64,000 bases of DNA from Candidatus Spongiihabitans sp. (GTDB lineage Bacteria > Pseudomonadota > Gammaproteobacteria > Arenicellales > Poriferihabitantaceae), in assembly GCF_965237845.1 (NCBI RefSeq), contig NZ_OZ250154.1, positions 195,121 to 259,120 on the forward strand, given 5' to 3'. The position numbers and the translations under genes were made by a program. Numbering within the stretch: the stretch's first letter is position 1; each line of letters begins with the position of its first letter. The notes under the pieces are model-generated. The model was not told the origin of the DNA. It worked only from the letters and a program-made list of their open reading frames with translations, and ran no database searches. This document shows positions 1 through 9,918 of this stretch, piece by piece.

Positions 1-378
1 GACCCACTGCGTGCTAAAGCGCTGCAAAAGGGGTTGACTCAACTCAGTGAAGAGGGGGCAACCCAGGTATTTCGCCCTTTTACCAGCAATGATTTAGTGC
101 TGGGTGCGGTGGGTATTCTTCAATTTGATGTTGTTGTCCATCGACTAAAAGCTGAATACAACGTGGAGTGCGTTTTTGATGCCGCACCGATCAGTACGGC
201 ACGTTGGATATATTTCAAGAATCCGGGCGATGAAACCGAATTTCGGAGAAGGAATGAGCAGAATTTGTCTCTGGATGCCTTGGATACGCTGACTTATCTT
301 GCGCCGAATCGTGCAAATTTACAGCTGGCCATAGAACGCTGGCCAGAGGTGGCGTTTCACGCCACCCGGGAGTTCTAG
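1..378 (+). CDS. prfC: Peptide chain release factor 3, C-terminal part (5' end lies outside the window)
   Basis: The frame is open from base 1. The translation [26 protein letters not shown]...[19 protein letters not shown] matches the conserved C-terminal region of RF3. Stop at 376-378. Confidence 0.85.
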   Translation, partial: DPLRAKALQKGLTQLSEEGATQVFRPFTSNDLVLGAVGILQFDVVVHRLKAEYNVECVFDAAPISTARWIYFKNPGDETEFRRRNEQNLSLDALDTLTYLAPNRANLQLAIERWPEVAFHATREF

Positions 379-406
379 TTACTTTCAGTGAATTAATAAT
401 TGTCGA

Positions 407-1441
407 ATGAATAATCACGCGATGAATCCTGTTTTAGCTGAAGTTTACAGGAACAATGTTGTTGAATCCTGCCACCGGGGAAGCGCTGTTGTAGTCGATA
501 GCAAGGGCAAGACGGTACTGGCGATCGGCGATACCGATAGAAAAATTTACCCGCGGTCTTCGCTGAAATTGTTCCAGGCTATTCCGCTGTTGGAATCCGG
601 CGCAGCCGATCAATTCAAGCTGTCTGATAAAGAAATCGCATTGGCTTGCGCTTCTCACAACGCCGAGCAATTTCATATTGATGCCGTGCACAACTGGCTT
701 CATCGACTGGGTCTTGATACAGACGATTTGGAATGCGGCCCCGATTTTCCGATGTCCGATGCCCTGAATTCAACGAGCAAGCGTAAGCTATTGACAGACC
801 GGGGAGAACCGGCCCGAGTGTACCAAAATTGCTCGGGCAAGCATTGCGGCATGCTCACGCTCGCTCGGCATCTTGGCGTGCAGACTAACGGCTACAGCGA
901 GTACCAGCATCCCACCCAACAAGCCTGGATGAAAACTTTTTCCGAACTGGTCGGGATTGATGCAACAACACTGGATTGGGAAAGAGATGGTTGTGGATTG
1001 CCCGCAATTTGTGTGCCCATGGAGCGTGTCGCCTATGGTTGGGCGCTATTCGCTAATCCTGAAGTGGTGGGCGGCAGGCGCGGGCAGGCGATGTCAAGAA
1101 TAATGTCTTCCATTCAGGCGCATCCGCAAATGATTGCCGGAACCGGTCGTTGCTGTACTGATGTCATCAAGGCGACAGGCGGTTTTGTGGTGGTTAAAAC
1201 CGGCGCAGAAGGCGTTTACGCGGGTGTGCTGCCTGAACTGGGATTAGGATTGACTCTTAAAATCGACGACGGCGCAACTCGCGGCAGCGAGGTCGCTTTA
1301 GGCGGGTTGTTAATGAAACTGGGTGCAATTGACTCCGAGATTCGCGAGCAGCTTGGCCGCCATTTTGAGCCCATCATTTACAACACTCAAAAGAAAGCAA
1401 CCGGGAAAATTATGGCAGCTTCGATCTGGATGAGTGGTTGA
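407..1441 (+). CDS. Asparaginase II family protein (Rhizobium etli AnsA-type)
   Basis: 344-aa ORF with CHRGSAVVVD, PRSSLKLFQA and ACASHNAE motifs typical of this family. An alternative start exists at 422. Confidence 0.7.
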   Translation: MNNHAMNPVLAEVYRNNVVESCHRGSAVVVDSKGKTVLAIGDTDRKIYPRSSLKLFQAIPLLESGAADQFKLSDKEIALACASHNAEQFHIDAVHNWLHRLGLDTDDLECGPDFPMSDALNSTSKRKLLTDRGEPARVYQNCSGKHCGMLTLARHLGVQTNGYSEYQHPTQQAWMKTFSELVGIDATTLDWERDGCGLPAICVPMERVAYGWALFANPEVVGGRRGQAMSRIMSSIQAHPQMIAGTGRCCTDVIKATGGFVVVKTGAEGVYAGVLPELGLGLTLKIDDGATRGSEVALGGLLMKLGAIDSEIREQLGRHFEPIIYNTQKKATGKIMAASIWMSG

Positions 1442-1559
1442 ATATTCAACGGCAATGACGGTGGGTGGGATGTTGGCAACGAAACCGCCTTCCCCTCTCA
1501 ACCCTGTCACAATCTCAAAAAGTCGCAATCCAATCGCAAGCGATTTGAATGCGACATAA

Positions 1560-1596
1560 GGGGCAGTAATTTTCGGTGTAGCCGAAAAACTGCCCC
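1560..1596. terminator. Strong hairpin between convergent genes (possible bidirectional terminator)
   Basis: GGGGCAGTAATTTTCGG-TGTAG-CCGAAAAACTGCCCC forms a nearly perfect inverted repeat abutting the ltaE stop. No clear U-tract on either strand. Confidence 0.35.
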
Positions 1597-2618
1597 TAAT
1601 TAAAAAACCCGGACAATCGTTCAACCGCGATGTCGATGTGCTGTTTGGATAAATCCTTGTGGGTGACCATGCGTATGGGGTTTGGTCCGTTAAACAGAAC
1701 CCCGTTTTGCTTTCCGAAGCGGTGAAATTCATCGACGCTGCCGCGAGCTAAATTAAAAAAAACCATATTTGTGTTGGCCTGACCGTAGGCAAACTCGATA
1801 TCCTTGAATTGTTTCAATTGCCCGAACAAGTAGGTTGCCAGGGCATGATCGTCTTTTAATCTTTCAACATTGTTTTCCAGGGCAAACAGCCCCGCAGCCG
1901 CAAGCATGCCGCACTGTCGCATACCGCCACCGACGGTTTTCCGCCATCGTCTGGCTGTTTCCATGAACTCTTGAGAACCACAAAGCACCGACCCCACCGG
2001 CGCGCCCAAACCTTTGGACAGGCAAATCGAAACCGAATCGAAATGGCGGGTTATCTGCGATACATCGACACCGAGTGCCGCCGCCGCATTAAACACCCTG
2101 GCGCCATCGAGGTGAATATTTATTTTATGGGCGCGACAAAGTTCAGCGGCCTCGACGATATAGTCGACCACGACGGCCTGGCCTTCGGTGGTGGTGTTTT
2201 CCAATGCCAACAGGCGGGTTTTGGCGAAATGAATATCATCTTCTTTTATGACGGCTTCGATTTTTTCCAGCGCCAGGATGCCGTTTGGTTCGCGCTCGAT
2301 GGGTTGCGGCTGAATTCCGCCCAAAGCGGCCGCCCCACCCCCTTCAAACTTATAGGTATGCGCGTTTTGAGCGACGATATATTCATCACCGCGCTGGCAG
2401 TGACTGAGCAAGGCAACCAGGTTGCTCTGAGTCCCGGATGGAAAATACAATGCAGACTCGTGGCCAGCCATTTCAGCCATGCGCTCCTGCAATGCGGTCA
2501 CAGTCGGGTCTTCGCCGTAAACGTCATCACCTAATTGTGCAGCCAACATGGCCTGCTTCATGCCTTCGCAGGGCTGGGTGACGGTATCGCTTCTAAGGTC
2601 TATTATGGGCTCTGTCAT
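1596..2618 (-). CDS. ltaE: Low-specificity L-threonine aldolase
   Basis: The translation from MTEPIIDLRSDTVTQP...GDDVYGEDPTV... matches the PLP-dependent threonine aldolase family. The start was moved to the ATG at 2618, because the upstream ORF extension has no homology-like sequence. Confidence 0.85.
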   Translation of the reverse strand: MTEPIIDLRSDTVTQPCEGMKQAMLAAQLGDDVYGEDPTVTALQERMAEMAGHESALYFPSGTQSNLVALLSHCQRGDEYIVAQNAHTYKFEGGGAAALGGIQPQPIEREPNGILALEKIEAVIKEDDIHFAKTRLLALENTTTEGQAVVVDYIVEAAELCRAHKINIHLDGARVFNAAAALGVDVSQITRHFDSVSICLSKGLGAPVGSVLCGSQEFMETARRWRKTVGGGMRQCGMLAAAGLFALENNVERLKDDHALATYLFGQLKQFKDIEFAYGQANTNMVFFNLARGSVDEFHRFGKQNGVLFNGPNPIRMVTHKDLSKQHIDIAVERLSGFFN

Positions 2619-2908
2619 TGACGGGCTCCCTGGCGATTCTGGTGTTATTGGAGAATAAGCGCAACTATAATCCAGCACTATAATCCAACACGGAAATATT
2701 TCAATTGATTTTAACCTGTACGTTGTGCGCGGATTCAAGCCATGCCATGCCAATGACAGCCAAATGAATGCCCCGATTCATAAAGGCAACGATAAATCTG
2801 GACTTAATTCCGAGGCGTTGTTATAAGGCTTGCGAAATTCTCGGTTTTTATTAAATTCGCGCTCAATACTCGGCAATCCTTTTTTACAACTTTTCTGATA
2901 TTTTATAC

Positions 2909-4114
2909 ATGAGCATGCCCGACTTAATCACCATGCCCAATGGTGAAAAACCCCAGCCCACTTTTTCCGCAGACGAAATGGAAAGCCGTTTGTGCGGGCT
3001 CAGAATTGTCATGGCCGACCATAACATAGACGCTGTTCTGTTTACTTCCTACCACAACATCAATTATTACAGCGATTTTTTATATTGCTCTTTCGGGCGG
3101 CCATATGGATTGGTGGTTGATGAAAAAAATCAAACGTCTATTTCAGCCAATCTGGATGGCGGCCAGCCCTATCGCCGAACCTACGGGGATAATTTGATTT
3201 TCACCGACTGGCGGCAGGATAATTATTTTCGGGCAGTGCAAAAGCTGGTCGGCGGCGCAAAAACCGTGGGCATTGAATTCGACCACATCAATATTCAAAA
3301 CCTGGAGAAGTTGAAAGCGGCGCTGCCGGATTCAAAAATTGTGGATATCGCTGCACTCGCTACGCCGTTGCGGATGATCAAGTCCGAAGAAGAAATCGCG
3401 CATATCACCAAAATGACCGCCATCGCCGACCTCGGCGGCGCGGCCTGCGCACAAGCCGTAGGCGCGGGTGTTGCCGAGCATGAAGTGGCGCTGCATTCTA
3501 CCCAAACCATGGTTCGGGAAATCGCCAAAACCTGGCCCGATGGCGAATTGCTGGATACCTGGACCTGGTTTCAATCGGGGATTAATACCGATGGCGCGCA
3601 CAATCCGGTGACCTCCAGAAAGATTGAAAAGGGCGATATTCTCAGCCTGAATTGCTTTCCGATGGTGGCTGGTTACTATGTCGCGCTGGAGCGCACTTTG
3701 TTTTGTGAATCGGCAACCGATGAGCATATTCGACTATGGGAAATCAACTGCCAGGTGCACGATGCCGGCAAGGCATTGATAAAGCCCGGCGTGCGCTGCT
3801 GCGACATTGCCAATGCGTTGAACGAAATTTATGCCGAGCACAATTTATTGCAATACCGCACTTTTGGCTATGGTCATTCCTTTGGCGTGCTTTGTCATTA
3901 CTACGGCCGTGAAGCCGGATTGGAACTGCGCGAGGATATTGAAACCGTTCTGAAACCCCATATGGTGATTTCCATGGAACCGATGATCACGCTGCCCGAG
4001 GGCTTGCCCGGCGCCGGCGGCTATCGCGAGCATGACATTCTGGTTGTTACCGAACACGGCAATAGAAATATTACTGGATATCCATATGGCCCGACGCATA
4101 ATATAATCGAATAG
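2909..4114 (+). CDS. Creatinase (creatine amidinohydrolase), M24 peptidase fold
   Basis: 401 aa. The stretch FTSYHNINYYSDFLYCSFGRPYGLVV...ISANLDGGQPYRR is nearly collinear with Pseudomonas putida creatinase as I recall it. Confidence 0.8.
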   Translation: MSMPDLITMPNGEKPQPTFSADEMESRLCGLRIVMADHNIDAVLFTSYHNINYYSDFLYCSFGRPYGLVVDEKNQTSISANLDGGQPYRRTYGDNLIFTDWRQDNYFRAVQKLVGGAKTVGIEFDHINIQNLEKLKAALPDSKIVDIAALATPLRMIKSEEEIAHITKMTAIADLGGAACAQAVGAGVAEHEVALHSTQTMVREIAKTWPDGELLDTWTWFQSGINTDGAHNPVTSRKIEKGDILSLNCFPMVAGYYVALERTLFCESATDEHIRLWEINCQVHDAGKALIKPGVRCCDIANALNEIYAEHNLLQYRTFGYGHSFGVLCHYYGREAGLELREDIETVLKPHMVISMEPMITLPEGLPGAGGYREHDILVVTEHGNRNITGYPYGPTHNIIE

Positions 4115-4253
4115 CGGCGGGTTGTCTCGAACCGTGTTTTATCGCAGTCTGATGTTTGTCGTGGTCGAAGATACGGAGAAATTGTTCCTTTCAAACAAAG
4201 AGAAATTGATTTGAATTATTTTGAAGAAAGTCAACAAAACTTAAAAAACAACC

Positions 4254-7200
4254 ATGCACAACCTAACCTGCCTTGAACAATTGATAACAACCTTCGACCG
4301 TAATCGCGAAGCTTATCTATCCGGCAAGTTCAATGAAACGCAAGTCAGGGTGGAGTTCATCAACCCGTTGTTTGAACTGCTTGGCTGGGATGTTCATAAC
4401 AAGCGAGGCTACGCGGAATCTTATAAAGATGTTTACCATGAAGACGCCGTGCTTATTGAGGGGGCGAATAAAGGGGCGACCAAAGCTCCGGATTATGCGT
4501 TTCGCATCGGCGGCACACGAAAATTCTTTCTCGAAGCGAAAAAACCTTCCGTTAATATCAAGGGCGACCCGGGTCCGGCTTTTCAACTGCGGCGTTATGG
4601 CTGGTCAGCCAAACTGCCGCTGAGCATTCTCACCGATTTTGAGGAATTCGCGGTTTATGATTGCCGGGTGAAACCGGTAAAAAACGATAACGCCTCCAAA
4701 GCCAGAACCCTCTACTTCACCTACAATCAGTATCTGGATAAATGGGATGAAATCCATGCCGTTTTCTCCCGCGAAGCGGTGCTCAAAGGCTCATTCGATA
4801 AATACGCCGATTCGTATAAAACCAAGCGCGGCACCGCGCAAGTGGATGACGCTTTTCTCGCCGAGATAGAAGGCTGGCGCGGCAATTTGGCGCGCAACCT
4901 GGCTTTGCGAAATCCGGCTTTGACCCAGCGCGAACTCAATTTTTCCGTCTTGAGAATCATTGACCGGATAATTTTCCTGCGGATGTGCGAAGACCGGGAA
5001 ATCGAGCCCTACGGTCAATTACAAAATTTGCTTGATGGCACCGGAATTTATTCTCGTCTTACCCGATATTTCAAAAACGCGGATGATAAATACAATTCCG
5101 GCCTGTTTCATTTCAACAATGAAAAGGGCCGCCCGACGCAAGCGGATGAACTGACCCTGCAACTCAAAATAGACGACAAGGTTCTTAAGGACATCTTGAA
5201 AACCGTCTATTACCCGCAAAGCCCTTACGAGTTTTCGGTATTTCCCTCGGAAACTCTGGGCCAGGTTTATGAACAATTTTTGGGCAAGGTCATCACCCTT
5301 ACCCCAAAACATCAGGCAAGGATTATAGAAAAGCCGGAAGTCAAAAAAGCCGGCGGCGTTTATTACACGCCAAAATATATTGTCGATTACATCGTCGGGC
5401 AAACCGTTGGCAAGCTGCTCGCCGGTAAACGCCCGGCCGCGCCAGCGGTAAAAAATTTGAAGGTGCTGGATCCGGCCTGCGGCTCCGGTTCATTCCTGCT
5501 GGGCGCCTATCAATATATTCTCGCCTGGTATTGCGACCAATATGTGAAAGCCGGGGTTGATCAGCATAAAAAAGTGATCTATCAAACGCAAGGCGGGGAA
5601 TGGCGGCTGACCACAGCCGAGCGAAAGCGCATTCTCCTGCAGCATATTCATGGCGTGGACATCGATATTCAGGCGGTGGAAACCAGCAAGCTTTCCCTGT
5701 TGCTGCAAGTGCTTGAAGGCGAGTCCAGCGAAACTTTGAAACGGCAGCTGTCCCTGCTCAAAGAGCGGGCATTGCCGGATTTAGGCGACAACATCAAATG
5801 CGGCAATGCGCTGATCGCCGCGGATTTTTACGATAACCAGCAAACCGGCCTGTTTGATGAGGCTGAGCAATATCGGATTAACATCTTCGATTGGCGCGCC
5901 GAGTTCCCGGACATCATGCAAGCCGGCGGATTCGATGCGGTCATCGGCAACCCGCCTTATGTGCGGCAGGAAACTCTGGGCCGCGACAAAGCCTATTTTC
6001 AAAAGAAGTTCAAGGTCTATCACGGCATGGCCGACCTGTACGCCTATTTTATTGAGCAAGGTATCACGCTGACTAAGCAGGGCGGCTATTTTTCCTACAT
6101 CGTTTCCAACAAGTGGATGCGCGCTAATTACGGGAAGGGATTACGGCTGTATCTCCAGCAACAATGCATCGAAGAAATAGTGGATTTTGGCGATCTGCCG
6201 GTTTTCAAGACTGCCACTGCCTACCCTTGTATCCTTGGCGTCAGTAAAAATGCGCCAAAAAACACGCTGAACATCACCGAGGTGAAGACCCTGGCGTTCC
6301 AGGATTTAAGCGATTATGTACTGCAAAAACACCATGCCATCGACCGTAAATCCCTAAGCAAACAGGGTTGGCACTTGGCGAACAAGAAAACCCAATCTCT
6401 GTTGGTAAAATTAAAAACCCAAGGCACGCCTTTGAGAGATTATGTGAATGGGAAAATTTATTATGGAATAAAAACCGGCTTCAACAAAGCGTTTGTCATA
6501 GATGCCCAAACGCGAAACCGCTTAATCAAAGAAGACGCCAATAGCAAAGAATTGATCAAGCCATTTTTGGGTGGGCGGGATATAAAGCGTTATCAATGTC
6601 TCTCTAATGACAAGTTTTTGATCTTCGCCCGGCGCGGCATCAATATCAAAAACTACCCTACGGTTGAGAAATACTTGCAGCAGTTTAGAAAACAACTCAC
6701 GCCAAAACCCAAGAACTGGAGCGGAAGGAAGTGGGAAGGTCGTGCGTCGGGCGGTTATAAATGGTATGAACTGCAAAGTGCTGTGGATTATTATGCCGAA
6801 TTTGAAAAGCCTAAAATAATTATTCCGGCCATCGTTCAAAAGGCTTCTTATGCTTTTGACAAAGATGGATTTTTCTCCAACGATAAAACATCGATTATTT
6901 CAGCGGATGCCCCTTATTTGCTTGGCCTTTTAAATTCTAAAATTTCAGATTTTGTACTGCATTCTATTGCCTCTACCAAGCGGGGTGGTTATTTTGAATA
7001 TAAGCCTATGTATGTAGCACAACTACCTATCCGCAAAATTGACTTCTCCAACCCCGAAGAAAAAACCAGGCATAACCAGATGGTGGCGTTAGTCGAGCAA
7101 ATACAGGAGCTAAACAAAAAACTTGCCGCAACCAAAACCGCGCATGAAAAAACCGTCCTGCAACGTCAGATAGACGCCACCGACCGGCAAATTGATCAAC

Positions 7201-7265
7201 GGGTCTATGAACTTTATGATTTAACCAAAGCGGAAATCAAAATCATCGAAGACAGCGTAAACTGA
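4254..7265 (+). CDS. Type IIG restriction-modification enzyme (fused PD-(D/E)xK nuclease, gamma-class N6-adenine methyltransferase and TaqI-like target recognition domain)
   Basis: 1003 aa. N-terminal PDYAF...FLEAKKP nuclease motif. SAM motif VLDPACGSGSFLLGAY. Catalytic motif IGNPPYVRQE. C-terminal GIKTGFNKAFVID-type region. No separate M, S or R partner gene nearby. Confidence 0.8.
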   Translation: MHNLTCLEQLITTFDRNREAYLSGKFNETQVRVEFINPLFELLGWDVHNKRGYAESYKDVYHEDAVLIEGANKGATKAPDYAFRIGGTRKFFLEAKKPSVNIKGDPGPAFQLRRYGWSAKLPLSILTDFEEFAVYDCRVKPVKNDNASKARTLYFTYNQYLDKWDEIHAVFSREAVLKGSFDKYADSYKTKRGTAQVDDAFLAEIEGWRGNLARNLALRNPALTQRELNFSVLRIIDRIIFLRMCEDREIEPYGQLQNLLDGTGIYSRLTRYFKNADDKYNSGLFHFNNEKGRPTQADELTLQLKIDDKVLKDILKTVYYPQSPYEFSVFPSETLGQVYEQFLGKVITLTPKHQARIIEKPEVKKAGGVYYTPKYIVDYIVGQTVGKLLAGKRPAAPAVKNLKVLDPACGSGSFLLGAYQYILAWYCDQYVKAGVDQHKKVIYQTQGGEWRLTTAERKRILLQHIHGVDIDIQAVETSKLSLLLQVLEGESSETLKRQLSLLKERALPDLGDNIKCGNALIAADFYDNQQTGLFDEAEQYRINIFDWRAEFPDIMQAGGFDAVIGNPPYVRQETLGRDKAYFQKKFKVYHGMADLYAYFIEQGITLTKQGGYFSYIVSNKWMRANYGKGLRLYLQQQCIEEIVDFGDLPVFKTATAYPCILGVSKNAPKNTLNITEVKTLAFQDLSDYVLQKHHAIDRKSLSKQGWHLANKKTQSLLVKLKTQGTPLRDYVNGKIYYGIKTGFNKAFVIDAQTRNRLIKEDANSKELIKPFLGGRDIKRYQCLSNDKFLIFARRGINIKNYPTVEKYLQQFRKQLTPKPKNWSGRKWEGRASGGYKWYELQSAVDYYAEFEKPKIIIPAIVQKASYAFDKDGFFSNDKTSIISADAPYLLGLLNSKISDFVLHSIASTKRGGYFEYKPMYVAQLPIRKIDFSNPEEKTRHNQMVALVEQIQELNKKLAATKTAHEKTVLQRQIDATDRQIDQRVYELYDLTKAEIKIIEDSVN

Positions 7266-7355
7266 GCCGGGCCGAATGGCGCGCGCCGGCCGTGATGGCA
7301 TGAAAACAGGTGCGCGTATCTGCTAAAATCGAGCGCACAACCCGCTTTAGTTATC

Positions 7356-7580
7356 TTGAACCTTTTTGACAGGCAGACCGTGCGTTTACACATTCAAAAA
7401 TTGGTGCGCTATGTCGATGAAACTTATATCGAAGGCGGCAAACCAGCGCAACGACCTTGGGTCATGGGCGGGGTGGTCACTGCCAACCCTTGGGCCGGCA
7501 AGGGGTTTGTTGAAGATCTGCGAACCGATATTTTAGCTTTGGCGGCGCCGCTGGGAGAAAAAGGGCGCCGGCTTTGCTGA
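7356..7580 (+). pseudogene. 3'-truncated fragment of an 'amino acid synthesis' family (DUF1185/PF06684-like) gene
   Basis: 74-aa ORF IQKLVRYVDETYIEGGKPAQRPW...ANPWAGKGFVEDLRTDI matches only the N-terminal part of a family that is normally about 185-190 aa. It uses a TTG start and ends just before mrpE. Confidence 0.6.
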
Positions 7581-7631
7581 GATAGGCGACGCGAATATCG
7601 TGAAAGCCTGAAAACCCACCCAAAATATAAG

Positions 7632-8129
7632 ATGCCTAAGATGCCGCCCAAACCTTACCCCCGCCACCTTATTGCGCTTGTCGGCTTGGCCACGATATGG
7701 TGTTTGCTGTCCGGGCGCTACACCGCTCTATTATTATCTTTAGGGGCGTTGTCTTGCCTGGTTAGCTATGGGTTTTACCAAAAAATAGTCGGGCAGACCA
7801 AAATTGCCAGCCTAAGATTCCACCCCTGGAAGCAACTTATCTACACATTTTGGCTGATAGGAGAAATTGTGAAATCAAGCATAGCCGTGATTGGCGCGAT
7901 ATTTAATACCAAAAAATTAGCGCCGCAGTTTTTTGATGTTGAAGTCAGTGGTCTGGATGAGATGGGTCGGGTAATTTATGCTAACTCAATCACCCGCACA
8001 CCGGGAACCGTCAGCGTCGATGTGAGTGAAACAGAAATCCAGGTGCACGGGTTGCTGGCGCGTTCAAAAGCCGGTTTGATGGATAACAAAATGCTGGCAA
8101 AAGTGCGCCAACTGGCCGCCAACAGATAA
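7632..8129 (+). CDS. mrpE: Cation:proton antiporter subunit E (MrpE/MnhE)
   Basis: 165 aa with N-terminal TM helices and the YANSITRTPGTVSVDV...IQVHGL motif typical of MnhE. First gene of the cluster. Confidence 0.8.
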   Translation: MPKMPPKPYPRHLIALVGLATIWCLLSGRYTALLLSLGALSCLVSYGFYQKIVGQTKIASLRFHPWKQLIYTFWLIGEIVKSSIAVIGAIFNTKKLAPQFFDVEVSGLDEMGRVIYANSITRTPGTVSVDVSETEIQVHGLLARSKAGLMDNKMLAKVRQLAANR

Positions 8130-8152
8130 CCAACGGAAACGATTTATTTCCA

Positions 8153-8464
8153 ATGCAAAGCATTTATTTGTTGACGCTGATCATTCTTTTGGTTGCCAAC
8201 CTGTGTTCATTAATTCGAGCGGGGCTAGGTCCAACATTGTTTGATCGCATTCTGGCTGCCAACACATTTGGCAGCCAGACTATTTTATTGATTGCGATTT
8301 ATTTCTTTGCCACCGGGCATCCGCAGTACATCGATATTGCCTTGCTGTATGCCTTGATCCACTATGTCGGCAGCATTGCGTTAGTGGATTATTTTAATCG
8401 CCAAGATGAACCGATGGGCGCGCCAACGGATGGGTCGACAACCAATGGGACGGCGGATGATTGA
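8153..8464 (+). CDS. mrpF: Cation:proton antiporter subunit F (MrpF/MnhF)
   Basis: 103 aa, 3 TM, FDRILAANTFGSQT...DIALLYALIHYVGSIAL pattern. Confidence 0.75.
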   Translation: MQSIYLLTLIILLVANLCSLIRAGLGPTLFDRILAANTFGSQTILLIAIYFFATGHPQYIDIALLYALIHYVGSIALVDYFNRQDEPMGAPTDGSTTNGTADD

Positions 8465-8816
8465 AATTATTGGCGCGACGGTGTTACTTATTGGGGCCGG
8501 TATTGTGCTGATCGGCGCGATTGGATTATTGCGCTTCCCGGATTTTTACTGTCGCCTTCACAGTGCTGGCGTGATCGATACGCTGGGGTCGGGTATGACT
8601 CTGCTTGGTCTGCTGTTGTTGGCCGGATCTCTGGTCGTCGCCGCCAAGATTTTGATGGTTGGCATCCTTATATTTTTTCTTTCCCCGGTGGTCGCTCATG
8701 CGCTGGCAAAATCCGCGCGGCAATCTGGAATCGGCATTCAGCAAGCCGTAACAAAACAAGGCCGCAACAAACAAAACCGCAACAAACAAACGTGGTCGGG
8801 CAATTACCGTGATTAA
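8457..8816 (+). CDS. mrpG: Cation:proton antiporter subunit G (MrpG/MnhG)
   Basis: AIGLLRFPDFYCRLHSAGVIDTLG motif. The start was chosen at the ATG at 8457, which overlaps the mrpF stop (ATGATTGA). The Asn/Lys/Gln-rich tail contains a 15-bp duplication. Confidence 0.75.
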   Translation: MIEIIGATVLLIGAGIVLIGAIGLLRFPDFYCRLHSAGVIDTLGSGMTLLGLLLLAGSLVVAAKILMVGILIFFLSPVVAHALAKSARQSGIGIQQAVTKQGRNKQNRNKQTWSGNYRD

Positions 8817-9918
8817 TACGGTTGTTGACATTGGCTTGCTGGGCCTGTTGCTGGCAACGACACTATTGATAATGCGCAGCCAAAGTGCGTTGTCGATTAC
8901 CATTCTATCGTCAATTTACAGTTTAATACTCTGCGCCCTGTTTGTGGTGCTGGATGCGGTGGATGTGGCTTTTACTGAAGCCGCAGTGGGGGCGGGAATT
9001 TCATTGATATTGTTTGTTGCCGTCATCCGGCACAATGACGAGCCAAGCAATAACAAACCGGGCAATAACAAACCGGGCAATAACAAACCGGGCAATAACA
9101 AACTGGGCACTGACGCGCCAGGATTGAAGTCTGCCTGGCCCTCCGGGCTATCCATCTGCCTTGGATTGGCGCTCGGTATTTTGCTCATTTCAGGCACCAC
9201 AGACATGCCATTGTATGGCGATCCAGCGGCAGCCATCCACCATTATTTGGCGCCGCGCTTTCTTGGTCAGTCGGCCGCTGAGATCGGCATTCCAAACGTG
9301 GTAACCTCGGTGCTGGCTAGCTATCGAGGCTACGATACACTGGGAGAAGTGGTGGTGATTTTTACTGCTGGAATGGCGGTATTACTGTTGCTGGCGGAGG
9401 GGGCGGTTACAACTAAACCGCTCGGCAAACAGCCTGGGCTTTGGTCTCGGCGCGACCCGCTCATTTCAAACCCGGTGCTAAAAACAGTGTTGTTGCGATT
9501 TATCCCAATCGTGATTTTGTTTGCATTGTATGTGCAATTTCATGGTGACTATGGTCCCGGCGGCGGCTTCCAGGCCGGGGTCATTTTCGGTGCCGGACTG
9601 ATTACGTTTGGCCTGCTTACCGATTCGGAAAAATTGCAAAGCGTAATCAGCGAAAGAATAGTCATATCAGGCATGGCCTGCGGTGTTCTGCTATACGGCT
9701 CGGTGGGTGTGGCGGCGCTTTTTTTTGGCGGGGATTTTCTCGATTATTCTGTTTTTAATTACTCGGTGCTGTCTGAGTCGCAAACAGCCGGGCAACACCT
9801 AGGGGTTTTTCTGATTGAACTCGGAGTCGGCATCACGGTGGCATCGACCATAGTGTCGCTATTTATAAGTTTTAATCGGCGCCATTTTAATCAAAGCCAG
9901 GATGAATTTCCGGGATGA
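8809..9918 (+). CDS. Fused MbhD/MrpA-C-terminal-like (DUF4040) and MrpB/MnhB subunit
   Basis: 369 aa. The N-terminal 75 aa form a DUF4040-like membrane segment. A repeat linker follows, then an MnhB-type region (SYRGYDTLGEVVVIFTAGMAVLLLL). Confidence 0.7.
   Translation: MINTVVDIGLLGLLLATTLLIMRSQSALSITILSSIYSLILCALFVVLDAVDVAFTEAAVGAGISLILFVAVIRHNDEPSNNKPGNNKPGNNKPGNNKLGTDAPGLKSAWPSGLSICLGLALGILLISGTTDMPLYGDPAAAIHHYLAPRFLGQSAAEIGIPNVVTSVLASYRGYDTLGEVVVIFTAGMAVLLLLAEGAVTTKPLGKQPGLWSRRDPLISNPVLKTVLLRFIPIVILFALYVQFHGDYGPGGGFQAGVIFGAGLITFGLLTDSEKLQSVISERIVISGMACGVLLYGSVGVAALFFGGDFLDYSVFNYSVLSESQTAGQHLGVFLIELGVGITVASTIVSLFISFNRRHFNQSQDEFPG
9046..9105 (+). repeat. In-frame 15-bp tandem repeat x4 (GGCAATAACAAACCG) encoding (NNKPG)4
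   Basis: Read directly: agcaataacaaaccg ggcaataacaaaccg ggcaataacaaaccg ggcaataacaaactg. Confidence 0.95.
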
